Counted from the first letter of the stretch, positions 9,165 to 18,935 are shown. The stretch: 62,960 nucleotides of DNA from a bacterium (GCA_024226235.1 JAAELW010000228.1:1-62960), one strand, 5' to 3'. Made by a program: numbers and translations. Notes: a model not told the origin generated them from the sequence alone.

Positions 9165-10406
9165 ATGATGGCCAGTCTCGCCGAGCTGCTTCGCACCGCG
9201 AAGACCCATTTCGACCTGACTGACCCCGGGCATCGGGAGAGCCTCCATCGGCTCACGTCCGAACTACTCGAGCAGGGGCAGATTTCGACAGAGGATGTCG
9301 AAACTGCTGCGCTCGCACCGGAGGCTCCGCTCGAATTCCGGCTGGCGGCAAAGCTCGTGGACTCGCGCCGCTGGCTGCTCGAATGCTCCCGACCGGCGCG
9401 GGTCGGCGTCGTATTTGCGATGTGGGGTGAACATCATCGGTTGCTGCCGCGCGACGCTGCCAACCCCCACGGCGAGGACTCTTTGCATGTGAAGCTGGCC
9501 CAGCTCGAATGGGCGACCGCCGGCACTGCAATCGATTGGAAGTTGTACGCGGTGGACGATGGCTGCCCACATGGGAGCGCCAGGCTTGCCCGACGCCGGG
9601 CTGCCGAGCATTCAGCACGGGATCACGTCAAAGTGCTGGAGCTGGACGAGGCGCTACCAGCCAGTGGCGGCCCGCTGACCGGGCTCACCTCTGTCCAGGA
9701 TTCCCGCAAGGCGGGCGCGATCATTCTCGGCTGCATCCAAGCGCTCGAGGATGGCGTGGATGCGGTGATCTACACCGACGCGGACAACTCCGTCCATCTG
9801 GGGCAGATCGGACTACTGCTGCGACCCTGGGTCGATCGCGACTCAAAGGTGGTGCTAGGCGACCGCAAGCACCGGAAAGCAGTGCTCGTGAAACAGGAGG
9901 CCCGCTGGGGAGAGGGCATCGTCTTGCTGCGCCACATGCAGCGGATGATTGGCCGCGCGATCTATGCGCGGGGGATCCAGGACACTCAGGCAGCATTCAA
10001 ATTGTACGCGAGCGAAGTACTCGGAAGGATCCTGGAGCAGCCGACCGTCTACGACTTCTCGTTCGACAGCGATTGGATCCTGGCCAGCCTCGCGCAGGGT
10101 GTGGAACCGGTCCAGGTGCCGTTCGCATTCATCGATTCTGCAGCCGAGTCCGCCTCCATCGCCCAGGGCCCGATGACGACCTGGGAGGCGCTATTGAAGG
10201 GGCTTGCTTCCGCGGTCCGCCGCCATGGGGTCGAGCACGACCGGGAGATGGCGCGCGTTCTGGATGAAGAAATCCAATCTGCGGACGATCTCGATCGGAT
10301 CATCGATCATCTGCCTCCGGCACTCGCGAATGCCCCATCCGAACGCCTCGGAGACCCGGAGTTGATGTCCCCCTCCGAAATCCGCGATTGGATTCGAAGC
10401 CACTAG
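9165..10406 (+). CDS. GT2-fold glycosyltransferase, polyprenyl-phosphate sugar synthase-like, with N-terminal extension
   Basis: VDDGCP, SRKAGAI, YTDAD, DTQAAFKLY and FSFDSD resemble ALG5/DPM-type motifs. Confidence 0.65.
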   Translation: MMASLAELLRTAKTHFDLTDPGHRESLHRLTSELLEQGQISTEDVETAALAPEAPLEFRLAAKLVDSRRWLLECSRPARVGVVFAMWGEHHRLLPRDAANPHGEDSLHVKLAQLEWATAGTAIDWKLYAVDDGCPHGSARLARRRAAEHSARDHVKVLELDEALPASGGPLTGLTSVQDSRKAGAIILGCIQALEDGVDAVIYTDADNSVHLGQIGLLLRPWVDRDSKVVLGDRKHRKAVLVKQEARWGEGIVLLRHMQRMIGRAIYARGIQDTQAAFKLYASEVLGRILEQPTVYDFSFDSDWILASLAQGVEPVQVPFAFIDSAAESASIAQGPMTTWEALLKGLASAVRRHGVEHDREMARVLDEEIQSADDLDRIIDHLPPALANAPSERLGDPELMSPSEIRDWIRSH

Positions 10407-10457
10407 AATTCTGCCCGTCGTGCGTGACATCACACGAAGCGTGCTTATGCGTATGAT

Positions 10458-11237
10458 ATGGCTACAGGTCCGGACTGGGAAACAATCGGCCCACCTCCGC
10501 TCGGCTTGTTTGCGACCGAGCAGGTCCGGGCGCTGCGTGACCTTGCCTCCGGCCGGGAGCGCCGGAAAGTCGCCCGGCGGGCAGTACGCGGCGACGGGCA
10601 TGCAGTATTGGTTTTGCCCGGGTTGCTGGCGGGGGATTTCTCGACTGCGCCACTGCGCGGGTTTCTGCGCGATCTTTGTTACGACGCACGGGGCTGGAAA
10701 CTCGGAATCAATAGAGGACCGGAACCGGACAAGATTCGCGCGTTGGGCGATCGACTGGAGCATCTGTGCGACCGCCATGGACGCCGCATCAGCCTGATCG
10801 GCTGGAGCCTGGGCGGCATCTTCGCCCGTGAGTTGGCACGCGCTCGTCCGGATCGGGTGCGGCTGGTCATCAGTATGGGCTCACCGTTCCGCGATATCTC
10901 TGCAACCCACGCGACACGGCTCGTGCCGCTCCGCCGTGGCGACACGCCGCACGGTGAGAATCGCGACCTTCATACCTGGCTCCGCCAGCCCCTCGACGTC
11001 CCGACGACCTCGATCTACAGCCGCACGGACGGCATCGTCCATTGGCAGAGTTGCCTCGAAGAGGAAGGGCCAGAGCGCGAGAACATCGAAGTCGATTGCA
11101 GCCACACGGGCATGGGCTTCCATCCGACGGTGCTCGAAGTGATCGCCGATCGGCTGGGGCAGCCCGAAGGCGAGTGGCACCCCTATGCGGACCGGCCCAG
11201 CGGCCCGAAACGGCAGGCACACCGGCGCGCTTCCTAG
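10458..11237 (+). CDS. Alpha/beta hydrolase (lipase/esterase-like)
   Basis: VLVLPG, GWSLGG nucleophile elbow, YSRTDGIV and SHTGMG. Confidence 0.85.
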   Translation: MATGPDWETIGPPPLGLFATEQVRALRDLASGRERRKVARRAVRGDGHAVLVLPGLLAGDFSTAPLRGFLRDLCYDARGWKLGINRGPEPDKIRALGDRLEHLCDRHGRRISLIGWSLGGIFARELARARPDRVRLVISMGSPFRDISATHATRLVPLRRGDTPHGENRDLHTWLRQPLDVPTTSIYSRTDGIVHWQSCLEEEGPERENIEVDCSHTGMGFHPTVLEVIADRLGQPEGEWHPYADRPSGPKRQAHRRAS

Positions 11238-11259
11238 CCTCTCGCGGTAGAATTCCGGG

Positions 11260-12414
11260 ATGACGACACGAACTCTCCGGACCCCGCTCTGTGATCTGCT
11301 CGGAATCGAGTACCCCATTCTCAGCGCAGGAATGGGCCCCAGCCTGATCGGCGAATCTACAGGCGCACCCGTCGAACTGGTCGTCGCGGTATCCGAGGCC
11401 GGGGGCCTCGGCGTGCTCGGCGGCGCCGGCTTCACCGTGGAAGAGATGCGCGACTCGATTCGCGAGATCCGCAAGCAGACGGACAAACCTTTCGGCGTGG
11501 ACCTGCTGCTCCCCGCGCAGCAGGTAGCCAGCGGCGACGCCCCCGCGGAGGACACACACGAAATTCCGCTGAAGGAGGTCCTCCAGAACCTTCCCCAAGC
11601 CCACCGCGAGTGGTTCCTGCATATCCAGAAGGAACTCGACCTGCCTGACACGGAGGCGGTATTGAGCAGCGGCACCACGACGGCCCGCCCCCACGCGGCA
11701 GTGGAGGCCTGCATCGATGAACGCGTACCCCTGTTCTGTGCGGGCCTCGGAAACCCGGGCTTCATGGTCGATGCTGCACACCAGGCGGGCATGAAGGTGC
11801 TCGGCATCGCCGGCAACTCGAAGAACGCGGGACGCATAGCAGCATCCGGTGCGGATCTGGTCGTGGCCCAGGGCCACGAGGCGGGCGGACATACCGGCCG
11901 CGTCGGATCGATGGCCCTGTGGCCTCAGGCGATCGACGCATCCGCCCCGACACCGGTTCTGGCAGCCGGCGGGATCGGCGACGGGCGCGGCCTGGCCGCG
12001 GCATTGGCGATGGGCTGTGTCGGAGTCTGGGTGGGCACGCGCTTCCTGGCCTCGAACGAAGGCGGCGCCCTCGACCTGCAGAAGGCTGCCATCGTCCAGG
12101 CCACCGACGAGGACACACGCCGCACCACGATCTACACGGGCAAGACGTCACGGGCGACCTACAACCGCTTTCACGACCTGTGGGATGAATCGAAGCTGGA
12201 ACCGCTGCGTTTCCCGGTGCAGGTCATGCTGGCCTCGGCCGTGGTGGACATGTTCAACAACGCCGGGAAGGTGGAATACGTGGGACCCTTCGCCGGCCAG
12301 GTCTCCGGGCTGATCCACGAAATCAAGCCGGCAGCGGAAATCGTGAATGACATGGTCGAGGAGGCCGTGGAGATCCTGACCCGCCGTCTGCCAGAGAGCG
12401 TGACCGCCTCATAG
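11260..12414 (+). CDS. Nitronate monooxygenase / FabK-like flavoprotein
   Basis: LLGIEYPI, AGGLGVLG, QGHEAGGHTG, AAGGIGDGRG and VWVGTRF motifs. Confidence 0.9.
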   Translation: MTTRTLRTPLCDLLGIEYPILSAGMGPSLIGESTGAPVELVVAVSEAGGLGVLGGAGFTVEEMRDSIREIRKQTDKPFGVDLLLPAQQVASGDAPAEDTHEIPLKEVLQNLPQAHREWFLHIQKELDLPDTEAVLSSGTTTARPHAAVEACIDERVPLFCAGLGNPGFMVDAAHQAGMKVLGIAGNSKNAGRIAASGADLVVAQGHEAGGHTGRVGSMALWPQAIDASAPTPVLAAGGIGDGRGLAAALAMGCVGVWVGTRFLASNEGGALDLQKAAIVQATDEDTRRTTIYTGKTSRATYNRFHDLWDESKLEPLRFPVQVMLASAVVDMFNNAGKVEYVGPFAGQVSGLIHEIKPAAEIVNDMVEEAVEILTRRLPESVTAS

Positions 12415-12474
12415 AAACGGTTTCCCGCCAACGAGGGGAAAGCCATGACGAGCCCGGCAGGACGCTCTGTGCTC

Positions 12475-13293
12475 CTACCCTGGCGCGTTTCCCGTGAACA
12501 CGAACTCACGCAGGGGGATTCGAAGAGGCGCCGGGCCGAAGTTCTGCTCCAGTTCATCGGCAAGAGCCCGGATGATCGTCGCTGGCGATGCGGTCGCCCG
12601 GTCGCGGATCTCCAAGATGCCAGGGTTTCCTTCGACGAACCCCCGGGCGACCTCCTCAGAGGACGGGCGTTCAATGGTCGCGTCGACGACATGGGCTTGC
12701 ATTGCCTCGAAACCCAGGGTCTCGAAGAGCCCCAGGGTGGAGTCCAGCGGGCAGGAGCCAAAAGGAACCTCGAGGAAGCCAGGCGGCTCCGAGGCGAAGT
12801 AGCGTGCGATGGTCTCATGGGCGATTCCTGCGACCCGGTTCGTCTCGAATGAATCCCAGACGTTGCACCCAAGGAACCCGCCGGGGCGAAGGACACGGAA
12901 CATTTCCGCCAGACCCTTGGCGATATCAGGAAAGAACATGATGCCGAACTGACAAACGACTCCGTCGAACGCCTGGTTCTCGAAAGGGAGGGAAAGGGCA
13001 TCGGCCAGTTCGTATCGCACTCCCGGAAACGCGCCCCGATGCTCCCTCGCGTACTCCAGCATGCCAGGATTGAGATCCGTCGCCACGATCTCCACGTCCC
13101 TCGAGAGTGCCTTGTGAAGAAATTCCGTTCCAATGCCCGTGCCGCAGGCTACTTCGAGAATGCGCCCATGGTCGATCGCATCGGTCACACGTTCGGCCAT
13201 GTCTGCAGCGGAAAACTCGAATAACAGAGGGCCCAGACAAGTGTCATAGACGGCCGGAATCGATCCGGTAAAGGAGGCGTGAGGGTCGCTCAT
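12475..13293 (-). CDS. Class I SAM-dependent methyltransferase (UbiE-like)
   Basis: ILEVACGTG, ATDLN, DALSLPF, CQFGIMFFPD and RVLRPGG motifs. Confidence 0.9.
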   Translation of the reverse strand: MSDPHASFTGSIPAVYDTCLGPLLFEFSAADMAERVTDAIDHGRILEVACGTGIGTEFLHKALSRDVEIVATDLNPGMLEYAREHRGAFPGVRYELADALSLPFENQAFDGVVCQFGIMFFPDIAKGLAEMFRVLRPGGFLGCNVWDSFETNRVAGIAHETIARYFASEPPGFLEVPFGSCPLDSTLGLFETLGFEAMQAHVVDATIERPSSEEVARGFVEGNPGILEIRDRATASPATIIRALADELEQNFGPAPLRIPLREFVFTGNAPG

Positions 13294-13722
13294 GCCGGAA
13301 CCGATCCGACATTGCATGCTAGGTTGAAACCCGGTGTCGTTTGCGATCGGTCCAAGATGTCCTCGATTCGGCTTCTTGCAGTGCCCGCATGTCTTCGCTC
13401 TGCGGATCCGACTTCAGCGACGGGGCTGCCTACTGGCCAATGCCGGTAGTGTGCCCGACCCTACCATGCCTGGACGCGGGCCCGCGTCCCGGCGATGGTC
13501 AGAGTGCTTGGGTCCGTTGCAGAAAGACACTCGCAACCGCAACTGACAAGAGGATGCCTATCCCGATCGTAGCCAGTAGCTGACGGAAAGCGACTCCACG
13601 AGCACACCGGGCTGCGCCAGGTCCGAGACCCCGCGCAGCTGAAGTCACGAAGCCTTGATCGAGTGGTCAGGCCCGCTATTGGATTCTGTTGGACTCCAGC
13701 ACACGCGTCAGAAAGGCAAATC

Positions 13723-14223
13723 ATGGCAACCCTCGACGACAAGATTCTGCAGCGATTCGACCCCGAGGTCGCCAGGACCTTCTTGAAGGCACCGGGTGGA
13801 TTCCTGACCGGCCTGCCCAAGTACCTGGGTGTCGACATCGTCGACGTCGGACCCGGCACCCTTCGCGCCGAGATGACGGTAAAGGACGAGTTGCGAACAC
13901 CTTTTGGCAACATTCACGGTGGTGTGCTCGCAGCCGTTTGCGACCACGTCCTGGGTTGTGTCTGCTACCCGCTGATGGAACGCGGTGCATGGGCAGCCAC
14001 CACCGAGTTCAAGATCAACCTTCTGGCTCCGGTCAGTAGCGGTGTGATCACAGCGGATGCGAAGATCGTCTCGATGACACGGTCGACCGCGGTCGTCGTG
14101 ATCGAGGCCGTGAACGAAGGACGCCTGGTCTGCGTGTCGCAGGGCACAGTGACGATCCGGCCTCCTCGCAAGAAGAACTCGCCCGCACCCGACGGCTCCT
14201 CTGCGCCTGGCAATGAGTCATAG
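13723..14223 (+). CDS. PaaI family thioesterase (hotdog fold)
   Basis: GNIHGGVLAAVCD and TTEFKINLLAP motifs. Confidence 0.85.
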   Translation: MATLDDKILQRFDPEVARTFLKAPGGFLTGLPKYLGVDIVDVGPGTLRAEMTVKDELRTPFGNIHGGVLAAVCDHVLGCVCYPLMERGAWAATTEFKINLLAPVSSGVITADAKIVSMTRSTAVVVIEAVNEGRLVCVSQGTVTIRPPRKKNSPAPDGSSAPGNES

Positions 14224-14324
14224 CGGCGGCTGAAGCCGAGAGCGCGATGCAGCTGGCCGAAGAAGCCCTGCCCCCTGCCTGACCTTGCATGAATGCCGCC
14301 GGGGCTCTTCTTGTTCCGGTCGCC

Positions 14325-15323
14325 TCAGATCGCCGAGAACCATCCCATCGCCCCCCTCTCGGCCATATGGACCTGGTGGGGATGGAACATGTAGCGGCCG
14401 CGCTCGGGCAGGCGGAACTCGATGATCACTCGCTCTGCCTGAGCGAGGCTCACGACATCGGTGTGCTCGTCCGGCTCGAGGCGGGTTCCCGTTCGATACA
14501 CATCGAAGGTTTCGGCATGGAGATGGAAGGACGCCACGGGATCGCCACTCACCATGTTCAGCAAGTAGAGGCGCACGAGTTCTCCGACGGGGACCTTGAT
14601 CGGAAAACGCGCGAAGAAACCCGCGATGCCGTTCCACGCGTAGAGTTCGTTCTTCCCATCACCGTCCAGATCGAAGCCGCACAGCACCAGGCTGAACTCG
14701 TGGGCCGCCGGCCGCAGCGCGGGCGGATCCACGATCAACGCTCCGTAGAGCCCCTTCGCGATGTGCTGTGAGACCGGAAGCGCGTGGCAATGATAGGGAT
14801 GGAACCCAGCCGGGCCGGCGCGAAAACGATAGGTTTCGGATTCTCCGGACGGAATCGGCTGCCAGCCATCCTGACTCACCGCATGTCGTCCGTGGAAGTG
14901 CACATTGTGTGGATGCATCCCCCGATTCTGGAAGTGGATCGCGAGTTCGTCACCCTCGGTCGCCCGGATCAGCGGACCCGGCACGGTATCGTTGTAAGTC
15001 CAAGCGGCGAATTGCCTCCCACCCGCCACCTCGATCGGCCGCTCGTTGACCCAGATCGACACCTCGCGCACACGACCGGGCTCTGGCGGCTCAGCCGGCG
15101 GTGGAATCAACAGCGGATCGAGAGCGTTCGCGCCTAGCCGGTCAGGCGGATCCGCGTCTCCGCCATAGCCGGACTGGACGACGAATCCGGGCATCGGCTG
15201 CATCGGGGCGTCGCTGGCGTCCGGAGCCCTCTCTCCACGCGCCCGCGTTCCGGCCAGACCCGTGCTGGCCGCGACCCCTCCACCCAGGAAGAGCCGCATC
15301 AGATCACGGCGCTGTATGGGCAC
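14325..15323 (-). CDS. Tat-exported two-domain multicopper oxidase (T1 site in domain 1)
   Basis: Tat signal QRRDLM. WTYNDTVPGP, HPHNVHFHG, YHCH-x6-H-x4-L, FHLH and MFHPH motifs. GTG lies 2 nt after the upstream stop. Confidence 0.85.
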   Translation of the reverse strand: MPIQRRDLMRLFLGGGVAASTGLAGTRARGERAPDASDAPMQPMPGFVVQSGYGGDADPPDRLGANALDPLLIPPPAEPPEPGRVREVSIWVNERPIEVAGGRQFAAWTYNDTVPGPLIRATEGDELAIHFQNRGMHPHNVHFHGRHAVSQDGWQPIPSGESETYRFRAGPAGFHPYHCHALPVSQHIAKGLYGALIVDPPALRPAAHEFSLVLCGFDLDGDGKNELYAWNGIAGFFARFPIKVPVGELVRLYLLNMVSGDPVASFHLHAETFDVYRTGTRLEPDEHTDVVSLAQAERVIIEFRLPERGRYMFHPHQVHMAERGAMGWFSAI

Positions 15324-15325
15324 GC

Positions 15326-17194
15326 TCAGAAGCCCGCCAGCAATTGGACGCCCATCATCAAGACGGCCCCGCTCACGATGAGCCCCACCACCAGAACACC
15401 GGCTCCGTAGCGCCACCGGCCGGAGAGCGCGATTCCCAGACCCACCAACACCGAGACCACCGGCAAATAGAAGGACCACCGCAACAGCAGTGAAACCAGA
15501 AGGCCCGGGGCTTCGACTCGGGCGTACTCGGGCAGTTCGACATCGGAACCATCTGCCTTCAGGTAGGCGGCGGCCTCCGGCGGAACTTCCGCCTGATCGA
15601 CGTCGAATTCGAGCCCGTCGAAGACATCGACTGCAGGCCGAACCGGAGCGGATGCGCCACCAGGCAGGGAGGGCTGAACCGGCGGTACAGGCTGCAACCG
15701 GTAGTCAGCGGATTCGAATTCGGGACCGTTTGCCCAACCGACACGGCGATAGATGGCCAGACTCGGGAGCATGTCCCACCCCAGCGGGAGGCGGAGCCCC
15801 TGACAGCCGTGAACGAGTTCCAGCCCGGGCGGAGCACTCGTCTCGAAATCGTTCGCCTCGAAGCAGTTGCCCGTGCTCGTGGGACCAGCGAGTGCGAGAT
15901 CCGCGCGTCCGGAACGTCGAATGAAGTTCTCCCGGACCACGTTGGTCTTTGCCGGCCAGAAGTTCTCGTGTTGGTTGGGCGTGACGAGGATTCCGTGATC
16001 CTGATGGCCCACGATGACATTGCGCTCGACGATATTCTCCACGCCACCCGCAAGGACAATGCCATTTCCGAGGACAGGCCAGGTCAGCGGCAGCGTCGGC
16101 GCGTCCGGGTTTCCGTTGGCCACGACCAGGTTGGCCACGATCGTGGTTAGCCGTTCCGGCGGCAGAAGCTCCGAATCGAGGGTGTTGGGGCCTATTCCGG
16201 CGATGTTGTATCGCCAGATCGAGCTGACGATGTACAGATCTCCACCCGAATTCGTACCGGAGTACCCGAGTGCGTTGTTCTCCGAGATGACGTGGCGAAT
16301 CACCATCTTGCAGGGCTGGCATTGTCCGACATAGAAGCCGGAATCCGGTGACCCCGAGGCCCATGAATGTTCGAAGAGGCCGTCGGTCGAGTCGAATGCG
16401 TAGACGCCGTACAACCCGTTGTTGTAGGCCGTCAAATAGGACGCCCGATAGCCCGTGATCCCGGTCCAGAAGAATCCGTTCTGCACCGCATTTCGCGCGG
16501 TCATGTTCTCGACCGCCACCCCATCCGCCAGAACGAGCACGCCATTGCCGCGCAGGAACTCTCCGTCGATGATGACTTCATTGCGATCCACTCCGCGGAT
16601 CACCAATGAAGGGGTCGTCACCAGGACCTCCTCGCGATACACGCCCTTGTCGACGAGCACGAGATCGCCAGGGTTCGCGGCGTCCACGCCTGCTTGGATC
16701 GTCGGGTAGTCCCCGGGGACATACCGGGTGACACCGGACGGCTCCACGACGACGGCTGGACCTGCGGCTTCTCCCTCCGCGTACTCGACGTCACCGACGA
16801 CGACGACGCCCGCCATCGCGATCCCGCCGGCCGCACCGTGGAATGTACAAAAGTACGGATAGACACCTTCGGCCGTGAAGACGACGGAGGCTTCGGATTC
16901 GGCTGGCATCGTCAGATCGCCGTAGTCCGCTTCGGTGGACCACGACCAGTCATCGGCAACCGCGTTGTGCGGATTGCGCCCGACGTTCACCCAGCTGACG
17001 ACTCCGCCGACGGGGACCCGGACCACCCGCGGATAGAACGTGTTGTCGTACATGTCGACGCGGGTCTCGATCGAATCGGGCGCCTGGACGCTCTGCCGGT
17101 CGGAGGGGTCGCAACCCAGCGCATGCAGGAAGAATCCAGCGAACAGTGCCGCCAAAGAGAGCTTCTTCGAACCCTGACAGACGCGGGATTTCAT
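15326..17194 (-). CDS. Lipoprotein: cupredoxin (plastocyanin-like) + right-handed beta-helix + C-terminal TM hairpin
   Basis: Lipobox ALGC; PHNAV and YFCTFH...AM type-1 Cu ligands; YPTIQAGVDAANPGDLVLVDKGVYRE beta-helix entry, then G/N-rich coils; two hydrophobic C-terminal segments; GGAGGAG RBS. Confidence 0.8.
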   Translation of the reverse strand: MKSRVCQGSKKLSLAALFAGFFLHALGCDPSDRQSVQAPDSIETRVDMYDNTFYPRVVRVPVGGVVSWVNVGRNPHNAVADDWSWSTEADYGDLTMPAESEASVVFTAEGVYPYFCTFHGAAGGIAMAGVVVVGDVEYAEGEAAGPAVVVEPSGVTRYVPGDYPTIQAGVDAANPGDLVLVDKGVYREEVLVTTPSLVIRGVDRNEVIIDGEFLRGNGVLVLADGVAVENMTARNAVQNGFFWTGITGYRASYLTAYNNGLYGVYAFDSTDGLFEHSWASGSPDSGFYVGQCQPCKMVIRHVISENNALGYSGTNSGGDLYIVSSIWRYNIAGIGPNTLDSELLPPERLTTIVANLVVANGNPDAPTLPLTWPVLGNGIVLAGGVENIVERNVIVGHQDHGILVTPNQHENFWPAKTNVVRENFIRRSGRADLALAGPTSTGNCFEANDFETSAPPGLELVHGCQGLRLPLGWDMLPSLAIYRRVGWANGPEFESADYRLQPVPPVQPSLPGGASAPVRPAVDVFDGLEFDVDQAEVPPEAAAYLKADGSDVELPEYARVEAPGLLVSLLLRWSFYLPVVSVLVGLGIALSGRWRYGAGVLVVGLIVSGAVLMMGVQLLAGF

Positions 17195-17376
17195 CGTCGG
17201 ATCTCCTCCGAGCCGGGCCAGTACCGTCTCGATTCGTCGGTGAGAACTCAGCGTTGTACTACTGTAACCGCTTCCCGGTACTGGAAGAATGGTGGGGCAC
17301 ATGCCCCAGGGAACAGAGGGTTCTCGGTGACATGGGATACGGTACGATGCCCGCCGAACCCTGGGAGGAGAAGAAT

Positions 17377-18024
17377 ATGAGGCTTCGTTCGGCCATTCTC
17401 GGCGCGATCGGACTCCTGCTCATACTGCCGGTCGGAGCCGCTGGAGAGGACGAGATCTTCGAGCCCACGGACCACTGCGTTGCCTACGAGACGATCAAGG
17501 ACATGTGGTTCGTCGTCGATACCAGGATCGTTGGCAAGAGCTGCGAGGTCACCGCGGCCCTCGCGGTGAATGCATCCGGTGGCGCTCCCCGGGTCTCGGT
17601 ATCCGTGCCGATCGAGAGTCTCGATTCGAAAAACAGATTCCGAAATGGCGCGGTTGCGGATCTGCTCGGCGTCGAGGCACAGCCCGACCTGCTCTTCGTT
17701 TCGGCACCCCTCGACGCTGAAGGACTGCGCGAGGCCCTCCCCAGCGGCCACTTCACGCTGCCCGGCACATTGAGCTTCGGCGGACGGGAGTACCCTGTCG
17801 AGTTCCCGGTCGAGCTCTCCAGCGACGGCGACCGGCACTACGCCTCCGGCATGCTGGATTCTACCTTCGCAGCCTTCGAAGTCGAAGTGCCGACCATCGC
17901 AGGCGGCTTGATCGCCCGTCCCCAGGAGGGCCTCGGACTGGCCTTCCAGCTCGAATTGGAGCGCGTCAGTGGCCTCGAAGCCTGGGCAGAGCAGGCTGGG
18001 CTGCGTCTGAGCGGTGCGGAATGA
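17377..18024 (+). CDS. YceI-like periplasmic lipid/polyisoprenoid-binding protein
   Basis: Signal peptide, VSVPIESLDSKNRFRN and GTLSFGG..YPVEFPV; GGAGGAG RBS. Confidence 0.65.
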   Translation: MRLRSAILGAIGLLLILPVGAAGEDEIFEPTDHCVAYETIKDMWFVVDTRIVGKSCEVTAALAVNASGGAPRVSVSVPIESLDSKNRFRNGAVADLLGVEAQPDLLFVSAPLDAEGLREALPSGHFTLPGTLSFGGREYPVEFPVELSSDGDRHYASGMLDSTFAAFEVEVPTIAGGLIARPQEGLGLAFQLELERVSGLEAWAEQAGLRLSGAE

Positions 18025-18159
18025 ACCGGCACGAGCCCTGGAGGCGTTGAGAGCTTCCGCCCCACCACCGACTCTTTCCTGGATTGATTCCAGCCAGGAA
18101 TCATGCAACCTCCATCCTGGCCGGCGATGCTGGCCAGCAACCAGAAACGATTGGATCCC

Positions 18160-18606
18160 ATGACGACCCTGCTCGAATTCATGACAGCTGCCCACCGGAA
18201 GTGCGACGAGATGTTCGCCTCCGCCGAAGAAGATGTTTCCGAAAAGAGCTGGACGCTCGCTTCGCAGAAATTCGCGGAGTTCAACGCGGCAATTGCGCGG
18301 CATCTAGCCCAGGAAGAAAACGTGCTCTTCCCCGCGTTCGAAGAGGCGACGGGCATGACGCAAGGGCCCACGGCGATGATGCGGATGGAGCACGAGCAGA
18401 TGCGGAGCTTGCTGGCTCAGCTCGCAGAAGCCGCGGGTACGCAGGATGCCTCGCGCTTCCTCGGCCTCTCCGAGACCCTGATGGTCTTGATTCAGCAGCA
18501 CAACATGAAGGAGGAGCAGATGCTCTACCCGATGTGCGACCAGGCGCTGGCAGAGACCGACGCCATCATCGCAAAGATCGAGGCCTTCAGCGGCGATCCG
18601 GTCTAG
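18160..18606 (+). CDS. Hemerythrin (HHE) domain protein
   Basis: AHRKCD, RHLAQEENVLFP, MEHEQM and QHNMKEEQMLYP di-iron ligand pattern. Confidence 0.9.
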   Translation: MTTLLEFMTAAHRKCDEMFASAEEDVSEKSWTLASQKFAEFNAAIARHLAQEENVLFPAFEEATGMTQGPTAMMRMEHEQMRSLLAQLAEAAGTQDASRFLGLSETLMVLIQQHNMKEEQMLYPMCDQALAETDAIIAKIEAFSGDPV

Positions 18607-18635
18607 CCACGGCGCGGCCCGAGAGAAGCCAAGCG

Positions 18636-18935
18636 GTGACGAAGGAGCGTGTGTTGGATGTCAGCGAGCTCGAACCTCCGGAGCCCTTCCGGATGGCCCT
18701 CGCCGCGATCGATGCACTGGAAGAAGGCGAGTTCCTGCGTATGTGTCACCGCCGCGAGCCATTTCCGCTCTACCAGACGCTCGACCGGATGGGTTTCTCC
18801 TATCGCGTGCGCGCAGGAGCCCGGACCCGCTACGAGATCCTGATCTGGCCCAGCGCCGACGTGGAGCTGACTGCTCATTGCGGGCCCGCATCGACCCCGG
18901 GCGATCGCGCCGGACCGGAACGGGGCCCACGTTGA
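18636..18935 (+). CDS. DUF2249 domain protein
   Basis: LDVSELEPPEPF...HRREPFPLY motif; it is the 3' part of ORF 18084..18935, with a GTG start. Confidence 0.8.
   Translation: MTKERVLDVSELEPPEPFRMALAAIDALEEGEFLRMCHRREPFPLYQTLDRMGFSYRVRAGARTRYEILIWPSADVELTAHCGPASTPGDRAGPERGPR

Noticed and set aside
13600-13645. SRP (4.5S) RNA suggested by CAGGTCCG
   Set aside because: It lacks the following GAAGGAAGCAGC conserved loop.
14325-15323. Copper nitrite reductase (nirK)
   Set aside because: It has HNVHFH and YHCH rather than the NirK pattern with catalytic Asp (HNxDxH) and HC-non-His; the extra His pairs fit an MCO trinuclear site.
17221-17345. Cobalamin riboswitch (CTGTAA, GGAAG and GGGAA fragments)
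   Set aside because: The conserved elements are out of order and there is no B12 box; kept only as an unassigned structure.
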